Source: Eremomyces bilateralis CBS 781.70 (lineage: Eukaryota). Taken from it: DNA of 64,000 bases. The position numbers were made by a program, and so were the translations under genes. Positions 50,249 through 62,126 of the stretch are shown here, piece by piece (positions within the stretch are counted from its first letter, which is position 1; every line of letters starts with the position of its first letter). The stretch lies in assembly GCA_010015585.1 (NCBI GenBank), contig ML975161.1; one strand, given 5' to 3'. A model generated the notes under the pieces. That model did no database searches, had not been told where the DNA came from, and was given only the letters and a program-made list of their open reading frames with translations.

Positions 50249-50589
50249 CTAATCCACTTTTTCAAGTGTTCCAGGGTTGTGTGCGACCAACTTCCCCTTC
50301 TGATCTGTAAACAACACCTAGAAGCAAGTAAAATCAGCATCGATGTTGGATAGACCAAATTTGGCCCTGGGCTCTCGCCTACCTTGGGCGGATTCTTCAC
50401 GCCCTCTTTCTTTGCCTCTTCCTCGGTGGTCACGACTTTCTCAACCTGGGCAACAACATTAGACCTAGTGGATTGTTAAAGTGAACTTAATTGACTTACA
50501 TCGCCCTCATGTCGACCGCCTCTGATCTTTGTGTAAACATGATCACCTTTATGGATCGGCTCGCCCTGCTTGGATTTGATTTCAGGCAT
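50249..50589 (-). CDS. 73-aa HVA1-Tudor (hypervirulence-associated / DUF2945-like) protein; exons 50589-50500, 50445-50383, 50317-50249
   Basis: Spliced translation MPEIKSKQGEPIHKGDHVYTKIRGGRHEGDVEKVVTTEEEAKKEGVKNPPKVLFTDQKGKLVAHNPGTLEKVD*. Two clean phase-0 GT-AG introns. Confidence 0.8.
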
Positions 50590-50749
50590 GTTGAAGTGAG
50601 GTGTCGACGAACTTGGTTTCTTTGGGACAGTATTTCAGCGTACTTTGTTTTTACGCAATCGGTGCTAGGTAGGGAACAATACAGAATTGGTATCTTAAAA
50701 TGTAGTCGCAACTACTAAGTACTGATTGTGAAGGCAACCTTTGTTGAGT

Positions 50750-51435
50750 ACTGTGTGTATGACGTCATGGTAATCCAACATATGCTTTTGCGTCATACCC
50801 GTACGGAAATACTTCACGTCAACAATCTAAGAATGAGTTAACTTTTAAAACAACTTGGGCAAAACTAAGGAATACCAGAGGAACTAAGTAATCGCAGGAA
50901 TGATCTGTCACTGGAGCTCTGAATTACGATGCTCAAAGGTCTGCTATCACTCTCCCGCCAGGTGCACGGCATAGAAAGTGTTGGATCGAAACGTGTCTTA
51001 TTAAGAAACTTAACAAATGAGAGTATTATATACAGAGTATCAATCACGTGCCTCATAACCTCCGATGTTCTCCCGGCTTTGGTCTAACAAAAGGGCTGAA
51101 AGATCAGCACGTGACAGCGAGGCGTTATGTCCTGGTGCTGCAGAGCAAACCAAACGGGCCACAAGGCCACAAGGCATCCAGGTCTACGAGACACATGCAT
51201 CAAGGTCTACGAGACATCGCGAACTTATCTAGTGGATGTGAGTGTAGGTCATAGGCATGATAAGTCCAGGTGTTTCGTACTCCTTGAAGAGCCACATGGC
51301 GTAGCCGCGCTTGTAGGTAGTTCTGTCCGACACTGGGACCGTATCGTCGACTGGCTTGCTCTGGAAGCCAGCTAGAAGCTCCTTTGCCTCATGTTCTCCG
51401 GCTTCGCCCTTTCGAATAGTGCGTCGTGGCGCCAT
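50750..51435 (-). pseudogene. Truncated N-terminal remnant of a putative captain-like (DUF3435) tyrosine recombinase
   Basis: MAPRRTIRKG...VSDRTTYKRGYAMWLFKE followed by a phase-2 intron, comparable in position and phase to ..QWHQ^ of the 24-kb DUF3435. Later exon KYFRTGMTQKHMLDYHDV aligns with EKPCMYVEDL. Catalytic half absent. Confidence 0.5.
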
Positions 51436-51548
51436 AGTCAAAGACATATCTTGGAATAGACGCCGAGAATTTTGGCTGCGTGGAGCGTTGATAGCGTCGA
51501 CTACCTCCGAACCCGATGGAACTGGAACTGAAGAAGAGTACTGTAGAG

Positions 51549-51629
51549 CTGCGAACGGAGCTCCGGACTGAGGGCGAGACTGTAAAAACTGCGAACAGGA
51601 CACCTGACTGAGAGCGAGACTGGAAAACT
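51549..51629. repeat. Degenerate 40-bp tandem duplication upstream of the captain-like remnant
   Basis: ctgcgaacggagctccggactgagggcgagactgtaaaaa / ctgcgaacaggacacctgactgagagcgagactggaaaa. Confidence 0.75.
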
Positions 51630-51731
51630 AGGGAGAAAGGGCATCTTTACTATCCTTACCAGAGTGTATTTTCGACGGGCCCTCGTCTTTCGGCGGTATT
51701 TACCCTCTGTTTTCGACCTCGTTTATACCGC

Positions 51732-51766
51732 TGGGAGACCATAGGGGAACTCCCATTGCTGTATGT
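51732..51766 (+). pseudogene. 3' fragment (nt 85-119) of a disrupted 5S rRNA gene, with oligo-T terminator
   Basis: TGGGAGACCATAGGGGAACTCCCATTGCTGTATGT+TTTTTT. The last 22 nt are identical to copy 2, and the TGG-GNRA-CCA hairpin is retained. Confidence 0.88.
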
Positions 51767-53217
51767 TTTTTTGTTTTTGGTGCTCTTGGCCATATCTTTT
51801 TGCACAAGGCACATACCGCGACTGTGGGCCAGAACCTTACTGCCGGAACGCTATCATGGGGAGGACTCAGAGGACATTTCATTAGGCATGATGAGGAAGG
51901 GGACCAGGCATGGCTCATACCCTACATATATCAAGTCGGCCGGCATATGCAAGGCTGGTCCTTTGATACAATAACCGGAGACTGAAACCTCCCCCAAATC
52001 ACGAGTCTCTTAATTCCCATCGGCTCGCCTGGCCTCGGGATGGGCCTTATGTAACATAGAATTCAATATTCCTCTTGAAGTGGAGGACTAGTCTCAATTA
52101 GTTCAAGGCTCGGACAGAACTGGAATAGAAAATATACCGCAGCAGCTGACGTTTGGCAGTCACGAAATGGCGGACGAGTGCGCCACCAGCACCAGCATCC
52201 TATATATGACGGTCGTATTTGCCGTCCTTATCATGTTGACCTAGCTGGCCACCGCGTGACGGGCGGAGGAGAGAGCGGAGAGAGAGGAGTGGATGAGGGG
52301 GAGGAAGCGGGAACGGGAGGAGAAGCAGCAGCAAAAGCACTAAATGCGTAATTATCTCTTCCAATTATACCACAATAACCACATCCCCATCTGGCCTCCA
52401 GTTCACTAGACAATCCCGCATTCGTTTACCTAGCGACAAATGAAACACACCTATCACCATTCGCAAAACCTGCCCATCCACGCGTCAGGAGACGACTACC
52501 AGCGCGGACAGTAGACGTGACTAGGTATTGACGTACACTATTTAGCGAATAGGGAGACAAGAAGGGAGAGAGGGGGTTGCGCAACAGGTGAGGCAGTGCA
52601 TTGATGATGTCCTGGTTCATCTTGCAAGAGGCTCTTCATTCTTGGCTGTGGGATAAGCGAAATGCGTTGACGCGGCGAGCCAGATATTCAGAGAGTGGAG
52701 AGTGTAAAGTGCTAAGGAGGAAGGGTTTCTGTCTTCTGAATATCGCAATCTCCGCTTCACTTTCCACCATTGATAATTTGATATATTCCCCCACCCCGCA
52801 TATCACTTGGATTGTGGATTCAGCATACCGGTAACTTAATCCGTGCGCCTACAACTGTACAGCATCGTCGCTCATATTTACGCTTTGCTCCTCGTGCACA
52901 AATACACATCCCATCTCTGAACCGTGGACTCTGCTACACAGGCAAGTTTCAACCATCCCCAACCATAGCATTGGACCCCTGCGAGCTGGATTCGAGCCTA
53001 GAAGAGGGGAGGTTCCCTGAGATTAATTTCCCCGGGACGGGGGTACACATCTAGGCTCCACAGACAACAGGGCTTCCGGTCAAGCGTCTCATCACCACTC
53101 CCTTATACCTACGACCATGAAACGAACATACTGTACTGACTACTGACCTTTTCAGCATCCTGCCTCGGAAGCGCCTTGCGAGTCTTTCACTTCGAATATA
53201 CCCAAAAATCCGTCAAA

Positions 53218-54836
53218 ATGGTTCTGAAACGGTTTACGAGTATAATACAGAGGAAGACCCAATCCAGTACGATTCCCTCGCGCTTGACCAACTATCTGTT
53301 CTGACGATGCGCTTTAATAGATCACGACGATGAGCCTCTACCGGAAGGCGACACGCCAGAGGCGAACGCCGCGCGGGGAGTGGTATGAATTATCCTTTGG
53401 TCGGTTAATACGCATACTGAACGTGTCTATAGAAGCTCTTCTGTGAGTCCGGCGGACCAAACACGGCGGTAAGTAAAGTTCACCACCACCACCAAAGCAG
53501 ATAATTTAACAGTCCATACCAGGGCGAAGAAGTCCTCCACCTTCCCACTATCGTCGAAGCCGCCGAATCCAGCCCTGCAGCAGCCGGTGTCGCCGCAGCC
53601 CAGATCCGCAAGTTTCTCAGCAAAGACTACTCCTCACGACCACATGTCCAATACAACGCCATCATGCTCATCCGGATCCTCGTCGACAACCCTGGTCCGA
53701 CCTTCACAAAGTATCTGGACAGCAAGTTTACGGGCGCGGTGAAAGACCTGCTACGAAACGGGAAGGATCCCAGCGTCCGCCAAATCCTCCACGAGACTCT
53801 CAACGCCTTCTACTACGAGAAAGCATACGACACCAACCTCTCCCTCCTCAACTCCATGTGGACCAAAGAACTCGGCCCCTACGTCCCCCCACCGAACGGC
53901 GCTACATCCGTCAGCCCGTTCGGTGCCCCCCAAATGACCGCCTGGCCACAACAAGAGGCTTACTCCCGTGGTTCCCCCCGTTACCACCACTCTTCCCGCG
54001 CCCTCCCCCCACCCCCCGAGCTTGCCGCGCGCATCGAAGAAGCTCGCACGTCTGCGAAGCTTCTTCTGCAGCTCTGCCAGTCCTCCACGCCAGACGAGAT
54101 GCAAGCCAACGACCTGATCAAGGAGTTCGCCGATCGCTGCCAGACTGCCCAACGCAGCCTGCAGGGCTACATGAACTGCGACGACCCAGTTCCGGACGAC
54201 GCCACCATGCAGACGATGATCGAGACGAGCGAGCAGCTGAGCTTGGCTGCGAGCAAACATCACCGCGCACTGCTGGCTGCCCGGCGCGCGGCAGCACCGA
54301 CAGCCTCGCCTCCGCCGAGTCTGCCGCCACGAGACAACGCCCCTCCAGCGCCGTCATCCACAACGACGCCGTCGCCCCTCTCACCACTCGAGAGCCCTCT
54401 TCCCCCGATCCCAACGACCCTGCAGGCAGGCATCCCGCGACGGAACCCCCAAACCACCTCACCGACCGCACCCCCGAACCCCTACGACCCGACCACCAGC
54501 CCATACGCACCACCTGGCGCACCCGCCGCGCACGGCAACCTCGACCTCTCGCCGCAGCCGACCGACAACCCGTTCAGCGACGAGCACGCGGCGGAGCATC
54601 AGCCGCCGACGCGACCGGGGTTCGCGGCGACACCGTCGAGCTATACTCGGCGGCAAGAGAACGCGATGGGCGGTGAGCAGATGCGGGGGGCGGTGCCGTC
54701 GGTGCCGGAGGAGGATGAGGGGGAGGAGGAGCGGCGCACGGAGAAAGAGAGGGGGACGAATGGGGGGGGTGGTGCGGTCAGGGAGAGTCGGGAGAAGGTG
54801 AGCCCTGTGGAGGAGCGGGTGACGTATCGGTATTAG
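53218..54836 (+). CDS. VHS/GAT-domain membrane-trafficking adaptor (TOM1/Lsb5-like), 4 exons
   Basis: Three short introns join MVLKRFT..., LFCESGG, EEVLHLPTIVEAAESSP..IRKFL..HVQYNAIMLIRILVDNPG (VHS) to ELAARIEEARTSAKLLLQ..NDLIKEFADRCQ..MIETSEQL (GAT). Pro-rich tail with NPF. Confidence 0.85.
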
Positions 54837-55345
54837 GGGTTGATGGGGAGTTTTGTGCAGATATCGATGTTGGGGGTATATCGTCTGGTACATCTGGTTC
54901 GGGGGAATACTCCGGTTTAGTGGGCAAAGTTTTGCGTGCGTTGAACAAAGGATGTCACGGCGAGCGAGCACCATAATGGAGCTTCAATTCCGGTAGCTTG
55001 GTGCTAGCGAGTTCTACAGGGAGTCTTTTCTCAGATGATAGCGCTTCGATGGATTCGGTTCACTTTCATGCAATGCCTCCATTGTAAATGATACAGCATA
55101 GTGTACCTTAGCGACCATCGCCCAAGCAGGCCGATGCGACATGCCCTACAAATGCAAAACGTGGGACACTCAAACGTCCCAGCGAGATCCCCTACCGAAC
55201 GCCATCTCCATCCGCTGCCGGGCCCTCGCAGACGTGCGGAGAACCGGCGACGGCCGGCCGCATGCGGTATCACCCCAACCCAATGAAAAACTAATGCCAT
55301 CCCGACAATTCCCTCGTACAGCATTCATACATAAACCCTCCTCTG

Positions 55346-57086
55346 TTACTTATCCCCCGGATGTCTCGCCCTCCCACTTCCACTCAACCGCGTCGGCGTC
55401 CCCGTCCGTACCACCGTATGCGCTCCATCCTCCCCCTTCAGCACCTCCTGCCCTTCTTTCCGCACGTTCGTCTCCGCCACCCGCTCCTCCTCGCTGTCCT
55501 CCGTCAGGTCATCCAGCCCGAAGGTGTTCTGCGACGGACTCTGCGCAGCATGGCCATTCACCCGGTCGGGGTGTAATTCGCCCTCGTAATCCCGCATCAG
55601 CAGCCCTTCACGGTCGCCCAAGCCGATCCCCAAGCTCCCCGAGCTGCTGCGACGGCGGTGATGGCCGCTACCGAGGCGGCGATGGCCGTGGCGTTGGTTC
55701 TCGAGGTCGATGCTGCGGCGGAGCTGCATGGACCGGCGGGTGGTGAAGCCGGCGATGGCGTCGGTGGGGATGGCGTCGGCGGTGGGTTCCCCGCGGAGGA
55801 TAGTGAGACCGTCGGGGTCGGAGCGGGAGAGGTTGAGGAGGTAGACGCCGGAGAAGATGACGAGGAAGCCGCAGAGGAGGGAGACGGTGTTGATGGCGTC
55901 GGTGGTGTTGAAGCCGCGGAAGAGGATGAAGGAGGCGCAGAGGGTGGCGGTGGTGAAGGTGACGTAGTAGAGGGGGTTAACTCTGGGGGGGGTGATTAGA
56001 GAGAGCAGATAGAAGGGTTGGAGGCTTACATTGAAGTGGAGAATTGGCTCAACGCTTTGTTGAAGTAGTTCATTTGGGTCAGGATGCAGACCACCACCAC
56101 TATCGCAAACACGTATGTCGAGGGGTATCCGAATTGATTGTGCCCGCTTAAGGTGAGCTTGAGCGCGATGCCGAAGGCTTTGACAGCCATGATGGAAACC
56201 GAACCGACGGCCGAGCAAATGGAAATATAAATCATCGGATTACTGCGGCCGTATCTCGGCGCAATCCTGTAAATCATCACAACGGAAAACGTCAGGACAA
56301 TCGCGCAATAGAACATGAATCCTGATCATCGGTCAGCGTGGCTCACAACGCATCTCTCGCTCCCTTACCTGGCCGCAAAGCGTATTGGAGAAGCACATCT
56401 ATACGGTCAATCTCTTCATCCGGGGGCGCATGTAAAACGATGATGACCGAGCCGATGAGACATTCAGCGCATCCGATCTTTCCCAACGTGCCTAATCTCT
56501 CATCCAGAAAGTATGATCCCAATACGGCGCTGCACAAGATTAGCCTATGTCGTCGCCATTCGTCAATGGAACGTACCCGATGAGCACACTCAGCGCTCCC
56601 AGCGGAGTGACCAATATGGCCGGCGCGAACGCATATGCAGCGAAATTCGCGACTTCTCCGACAACCACTAGATGTTGTCAGCATGTCGCTCCTCGAGTGT
56701 ATCTGTTCCATACTTGTTATGATCCCACCCCACCACATCGGGCTCTTGAAATATGAGAACCCCTCGCCTGCGAACCCATGGCGTTCGCTGGCCTCATTTA
56801 GGCCCTGGGGTCTAGTCAGTAACGTATATCGATCAGGTATGCGCGCCGCGGATGTTCGAGGCGCAGCTATCGACGGACCTTCTTTGTGATAACGAAACTC
56901 GAGCCTACAAGAAGCAGCGTCAGCCTTCCATTCCATCCCGAGGGTATCAATGTAGATCGGACTCACCGATGGCTAACGTCGACAAGACCGCCAATGTAAG
57001 GCCGATGTATCTAATCGCGCATCAGCAACCGTCGGGGTAGCACCATGGCGCGACTAAATGCGTAGCACATACTTGTCCTCAACCAT
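55346..57086 (-). CDS. NIPA/DUF803 magnesium transporter family protein, multi-exon
   Basis: MVEDK^[17 protein letters not shown]^[80 protein letters not shown]. Confidence 0.93.
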
Positions 57087-58754
57087 TTTTCATCGCCCGA
57101 TCGAGGCCGACCCCAGACCGCCGTGTGAAATTCGTTTGATCGGTATCTCCGGGGGCGGATCTGTTCCGGCGCAGAAAACCGTAGGAATCGAAGGAAGTAA
57201 CGAGTGAAGTGGTGGTATGTAGGTATTAACGAGAGGACGTGGACGAGGGAAACCGGTAGGAACTGATCCTCAAGGTTCCGCTAGGTGGTAGTTAGGCTAG
57301 CCCCACGGCGGGAAATGGAATGGTCTTGAGTCTTGGCTCTTGAGGTCGTGAACTCGGTTTGGAGTGGTGCCGCGAATGTCGCGATGTCGAAACTCCAAGG
57401 ATGAGGCTGGACTGGAGGCGGCGATGGAATTACATGTGGACTTACACGTTTCAAGTACCGTGGATACGATCCTTGATAGACCCTGGGGGAGGAGATCAAT
57501 GGTGGTTGGTTCGCAGGACGGACAGGGTACGTACTGAGGCGTTAGGGTTTCGGACGTTCGACGAAGGCGAGGACAGAGGAGGGATTCAGGGTTCAAGGCC
57601 CTACCTATTTTTGGGAGATTGAGGAGGGCAGAGGTATTCTTCATGTGCTAACAAGTGTTTCGTTGTAATCGCAGCTTTGGTTAAAGGATCCTCCAAATTA
57701 TGTGTATGGGATTTGGAGGTAAGGACGCGTGGTTAAGGAGTCGGTTCCACACCGGGTTCCCCATCGGTTCTTTAGAGAATCTTGATTAATAGGCATCTGG
57801 AACTCCACTTCCTTTATCTTACATTGCACGTGCGATGGTTGTTTTGATTCTGTTGATCCGTTCGGCGGAGTGGCCTATGGCGTGGCCGATCTCCTTGTCG
57901 CACCAACAGGAATCGGGAATATTCTCCGCCTCGGTTGACACTAATTCCGCTAAGTCGAGAATCCCTTTGATGTTTGCCCGGGGATACGAATCATACCATG
58001 GATATTTGTTATTTACGAAGGTGTGTAGATATAATAGAGTTATTGAAGTTTTGAATTGTTTTGAATTGCGGGTAGCTACTTGTACACGACATCTGCGGTG
58101 ATACAGTATCGGTACGGTAGAGTATCCTTCGACTGTCCGACACCTATTCGCGTGAAGACACTTGATATCGTCGAAAACAAACGATAATGCAAGCCACTGC
58201 CTATTCCATCTTCCAACCGGCGCATCTCTCGTTGGAGACGCCCAAATCGATCCTGCCAGTACCGAAAACGAGGACGTGCAAGTCCCTACCACCGTTTAAA
58301 ACCCTATGCCCCTATTTATACTCCGACAATGCCATCCCAATCACCCCATACACCGTACAGGATGCGAATACAAAACAGGGATGAAACGGGGATGAAAACA
58401 ATAACCATTCGCCTGTGGAAAACCGTGGGTACAGACTTACCTGTAATGCACCCAACCGCGCGGGTGCTTCCGAACGCTTCCTGCGCGAAGCCCGGATGCT
58501 ATCGGGGGTATCTCTGCTGCTGTGGATCAGTACCGTGTCAGTTGTGCGGGTGACTGTGAAGGGGCGAAAGGATCAGAAGGCAGGAAAAGCGCTTGCGGAG
58601 AAACGAAAAAGGAATGGAGAAGGTTAAGAGGTCGCTCGTCGGGGAACGTTGGCCGTGCGAAAACCGAGGATGTAGGGAACAGTGTCCAGGCTCCGGTTCA
58701 CGCTCGTGTTGGATATGGTGCGATGGTCGACAAGAAAGCGCATGACCAAGTCGA

Positions 58755-61490
58755 TTAGGACGGGCGAGCCCGTTTCATATCTGTTCGGCGGTTAGACACG
58801 TATACGCCTCGATTTACACGACGAAACATACCTTGATCATCGACTTGGCCAGCTGCACCCTCATTGTGCTCCGACCACGACCTCTTCCCAAGTGGTGAGT
58901 CGTGTCCATGCTTCGGGTCTTGTTCCGCTACCTCCAAGTCTACAGCGTCGTCCTCTTCATCGCCATCGAGATCATCGACGAAATCGAACTCGTCGTCCCC
59001 CGTGGATCCCTCGGGCACTGTGAACGGCTGTCCCACAGTTGCCTCGACCGCCTCGCTCTCGTCACCATCGTCGAAAACATTATTCCAAGCTTGGCCGTTC
59101 TCGTCATTGCCGGCGTCAAAGTGGGTGTCGTCCGCTTCGCCAGTGGCGAAATCGAAATCCTCAACACCGGTTCGATCGAGGTTCTCGACGGTGCTGGGAC
59201 CCTCTCCCTCATTTTGCTCATTGCTCTGTGCCCCTTCTCCAGGTTCCAAGATGGTGTCCTGGGTAGCATCGGCTTTGGGGACATCTAAACGAGTATCCGC
59301 AGGCTGGTCTTCTTCCTTCGTCTCTTCGGGCTCCTCGAGGAAATCGTCATACTCATCGGCCGTATTGTCTTCATCATTTGGACCGGGTTCTTCAGGTGCA
59401 GGCTCCGCTCCTTCAATTTGACTAGCCTGGGCAGGCTGTCCATTCTTCAAGGCACATTCTGGTTCCTGAGCCTCAGCGATATCCCCTTGGACAGTCAAAG
59501 ATCCAGATGAGCCTTCATCGTGGCCTTCCTCATCATCGAAGTAATCAATCAAGTCATCAGCAAATTCGGGGTGCTCGATTTCCACTGTCTCGCCTTGTTC
59601 TTCGTTGTCTTGTACAGCGGGCTCATTCGGATGTTCCGGTTTACCTTCATCGGTTATACTAGTGCTCCCTTTGGGCTCGGCCACACTCGTTTCAGCGACT
59701 TCCTCGGTCGGTTCGTACTCGTCAGCAGGTAGAGTCTCCTCCTGCTTCTTGGCAGGTTGGTCGTCTTCTGCGATTTCCTCGGCCGGTTCGTAATCATCAG
59801 CAGGTAGAGTCTCCTGCTCCTCAACAGGCTCGTCTTCCGCACCCGCTTCCTCATCAAAATCATTATCATGATATTCTATATCTCCCGACTCGAATTCCTG
59901 GCCGACTTCTTCAAGCGGCGCTTCGGCGTGCTCTTCAGGTTGTTGAACTTGAGGTTGAGTGGGCTCATCCTGACTGTTGGCAACCTCAAGTTGATGGGAG
60001 TCATCCAATTCAGTTTGGCCAGTTTCCTCGCCCTCATGTTCATCGTGCTCACTTTGGCCTGCATCATACTCTTCATGAGGCTCTTCCGCAGGGGTATGCT
60101 GAACACATTGAGACAATCCTTTCCCTTGCGCAGCGGCATCTTTAAGTGAAGCAAGTTGTGATGAGAATCTAAGGTGTGAGGTTAATGTCATGTAAAGCGG
60201 ATAAGGGCTCGCGGCTCCATCATGTCGTTGTAATTGGAGGTACACAGTAAGAACCTCTGCAAGGGTCACGTTTGCACAGTGGATTGAATCCTAGTTCTTG
60301 GTTAGCATGATACCAGACATAGGGTGTAGGATGCTTACCTCATTGAGTCGCAAGCCAAGTTCCTCAACCTCGATTTCCAACTCTTCCTCGTTACCAATGG
60401 TTTCACCTAATACATGCCTGCACTCTTGGAGAAGGTCACGGATACAAGCATTCATAAGGCTCTCGTCATGAAGGAAGTAAGTCTCTGATGACTCGCCTTC
60501 TGCGGGAGGGAACAAGGATATTTCACTGTGGTCATATATCACAATGACAGGATGATGAGTGAGAGTAGACCTGAGGACACTGTTCAGATCCTCAGCCAAT
60601 GCTGTCTCAGCAGACTTCTCGCCGGATTCTATCCGCGAATCAAAAGTCTCGGATTCCGGTGCGGGGTGGGAAACGTCGTTGACAGTGTCAGTGGCACTCG
60701 GTTGTCCAACTGCAGGATCCAATGATTCCGACTGCGAATGAGTCGAAACTTGCGGCTCGCCGGACGTTGGTGCTAGAATCTGAGAGGTGCCAGCTGGCTC
60801 TTCATGTTGCGGAGAATTACCCTGCCTGGGATGAGTATCCACAGTCTGGTCATCGGCGTGAGGCTGGCCTGTATGCACAGTACTCCCATCATTCGCAAGC
60901 GCCAAAATATTTTGAGCACTATCGGTAGTGTCGACTTCTTGCTGAGGATCTCCAGTGCCTTCGGTATCCACATGTATCTCATCGTTCGTTGTGTCATGGA
61001 TTTGTTCGTCATCTAAGTTGTCATCGAATTCAAGATCATCATGAGCCAACTGAGTATCAGTTCCATGGGTTATATGGTCGACTTCGTTGGGTGTTGAGGC
61101 TTCTTGGATATCAACATCTTGCTCCTGTACTCCAGATGTGAGACTGGTCGAGCCCATGGGGTCTACACCATAGTCCCCAACATCGAAAAGGTGTTCGTCG
61201 GGCCCATCTGTGATCTCGATATCGGTCGTGTTACCACGCTCGGCTCCAGAGTACGACTCATCTACCATGACATCGTCCTTGCTTGGGGATGGCGGGGGTT
61301 GATCCCTGGTATTTCCAGTTTCTGAGAATGTGTCTTCGAGCATATAGTCAAAGTCATGGTCGCCACCAACATCGATGTCGATATCAATATCATCATTATC
61401 GGCGCGACCAACATCGGATGAGATTTCCATATCATCGTCCACGTCAGTTATTTCCAGCTTAGGCACTGGGTGGGATATCGACGCAGCCAT
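58755..61490 (-). CDS. Acidic DUF2420 (UPF0646/Rmr1-like) protein; introns 60338-60291 and probably 58831-58781
   Basis: DDDMEISSD..DDIDIDID N-terminus; central HPVIVIYDHSEISLFPP..TYFLHD..LGLRLNE^DS..TLAEVLTVYLQL..PLYMTL..GKGL; C-terminal GKRS and KRARP. Confidence 0.8.
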
Positions 61491-62126
61491 GATGGGTTGG
61501 ATGCCGTGTCGGCGAAGGGGTCGCGTATTTTCGCGCGTATTTTCGCGCTTTCTGGTTAACTTCTTATCACGCCGTTCAAGGTTCACACGGATGGTTTGAG
61601 TCTTGTGAGGTTCTGTCGTAGAGTCTGAGGGACATTGGGTTCGGAGGTGGCAAGAATCGGGGTGACACGAAGGAATGTCAGACGTGATTTTGGGGAGTCG
61701 GTCGCATCAACTCTCGGGTTTGATAGGGAGGAGGATGAACTTCACGCAATGAGAACGGTGAGTACAGGTATTAAAGGATGAAAGGATTCTGGATGTTGAC
61801 AGTCGAGCGAGTGAGAATAATTTGGAGAACGTTGTCGTTGATGGATGATCTATTCACATTCCCGTCGGAGGGAGGAGATGGATGCGCTATCCGGATGCAG
61901 TTTAGCTCTCTATCATGTGACCAACTCCTTCTCTACAAGGCACCAAGGCACCAAGGCCACAACTCCCAGACGATAGCTCGAATTGTGGGAGATGAGAGTT
62001 GATGCCAGAGTGTAAATACCATTATTCCCTTCGATCACCACCACGAGGTCTTTTCTCTCTTAGCTAGGAGGACGCCATCCCTATTGTATGCGCTGAGGAA
62101 CTATCAGTCCCTGATACAAAATCGCA

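Larger units (their letters stand above)
41493..51731 (-). mobile_element. ~10.2-kb insertion between 5S rRNA gene halves; candidate miniature/derelict Starship-like element
   Basis: Flanked by co-oriented 5' and 3' 5S fragments. Inverted terminal motif AAACGAGGACGA (41495-41506) / TCGACCTCGTTT (51713-51724). Captain-like remnant starts ~300 bp inside the right end. Mixed accessory cargo. Confidence 0.7.

Noticed and set aside
53066..53081. AACAGGGCTTCCGGTC resembling the missing middle of 5S
   Set aside because: Short, mismatched to the local 5S type and lying downstream of the 3' fragment. Likely chance.
57819..58292. 157-aa minus-strand ORF between NIPA and DUF2420
   Set aside because: Non-ATG start, no domain, and it overlaps the probable 3' region of the DUF2420 gene.
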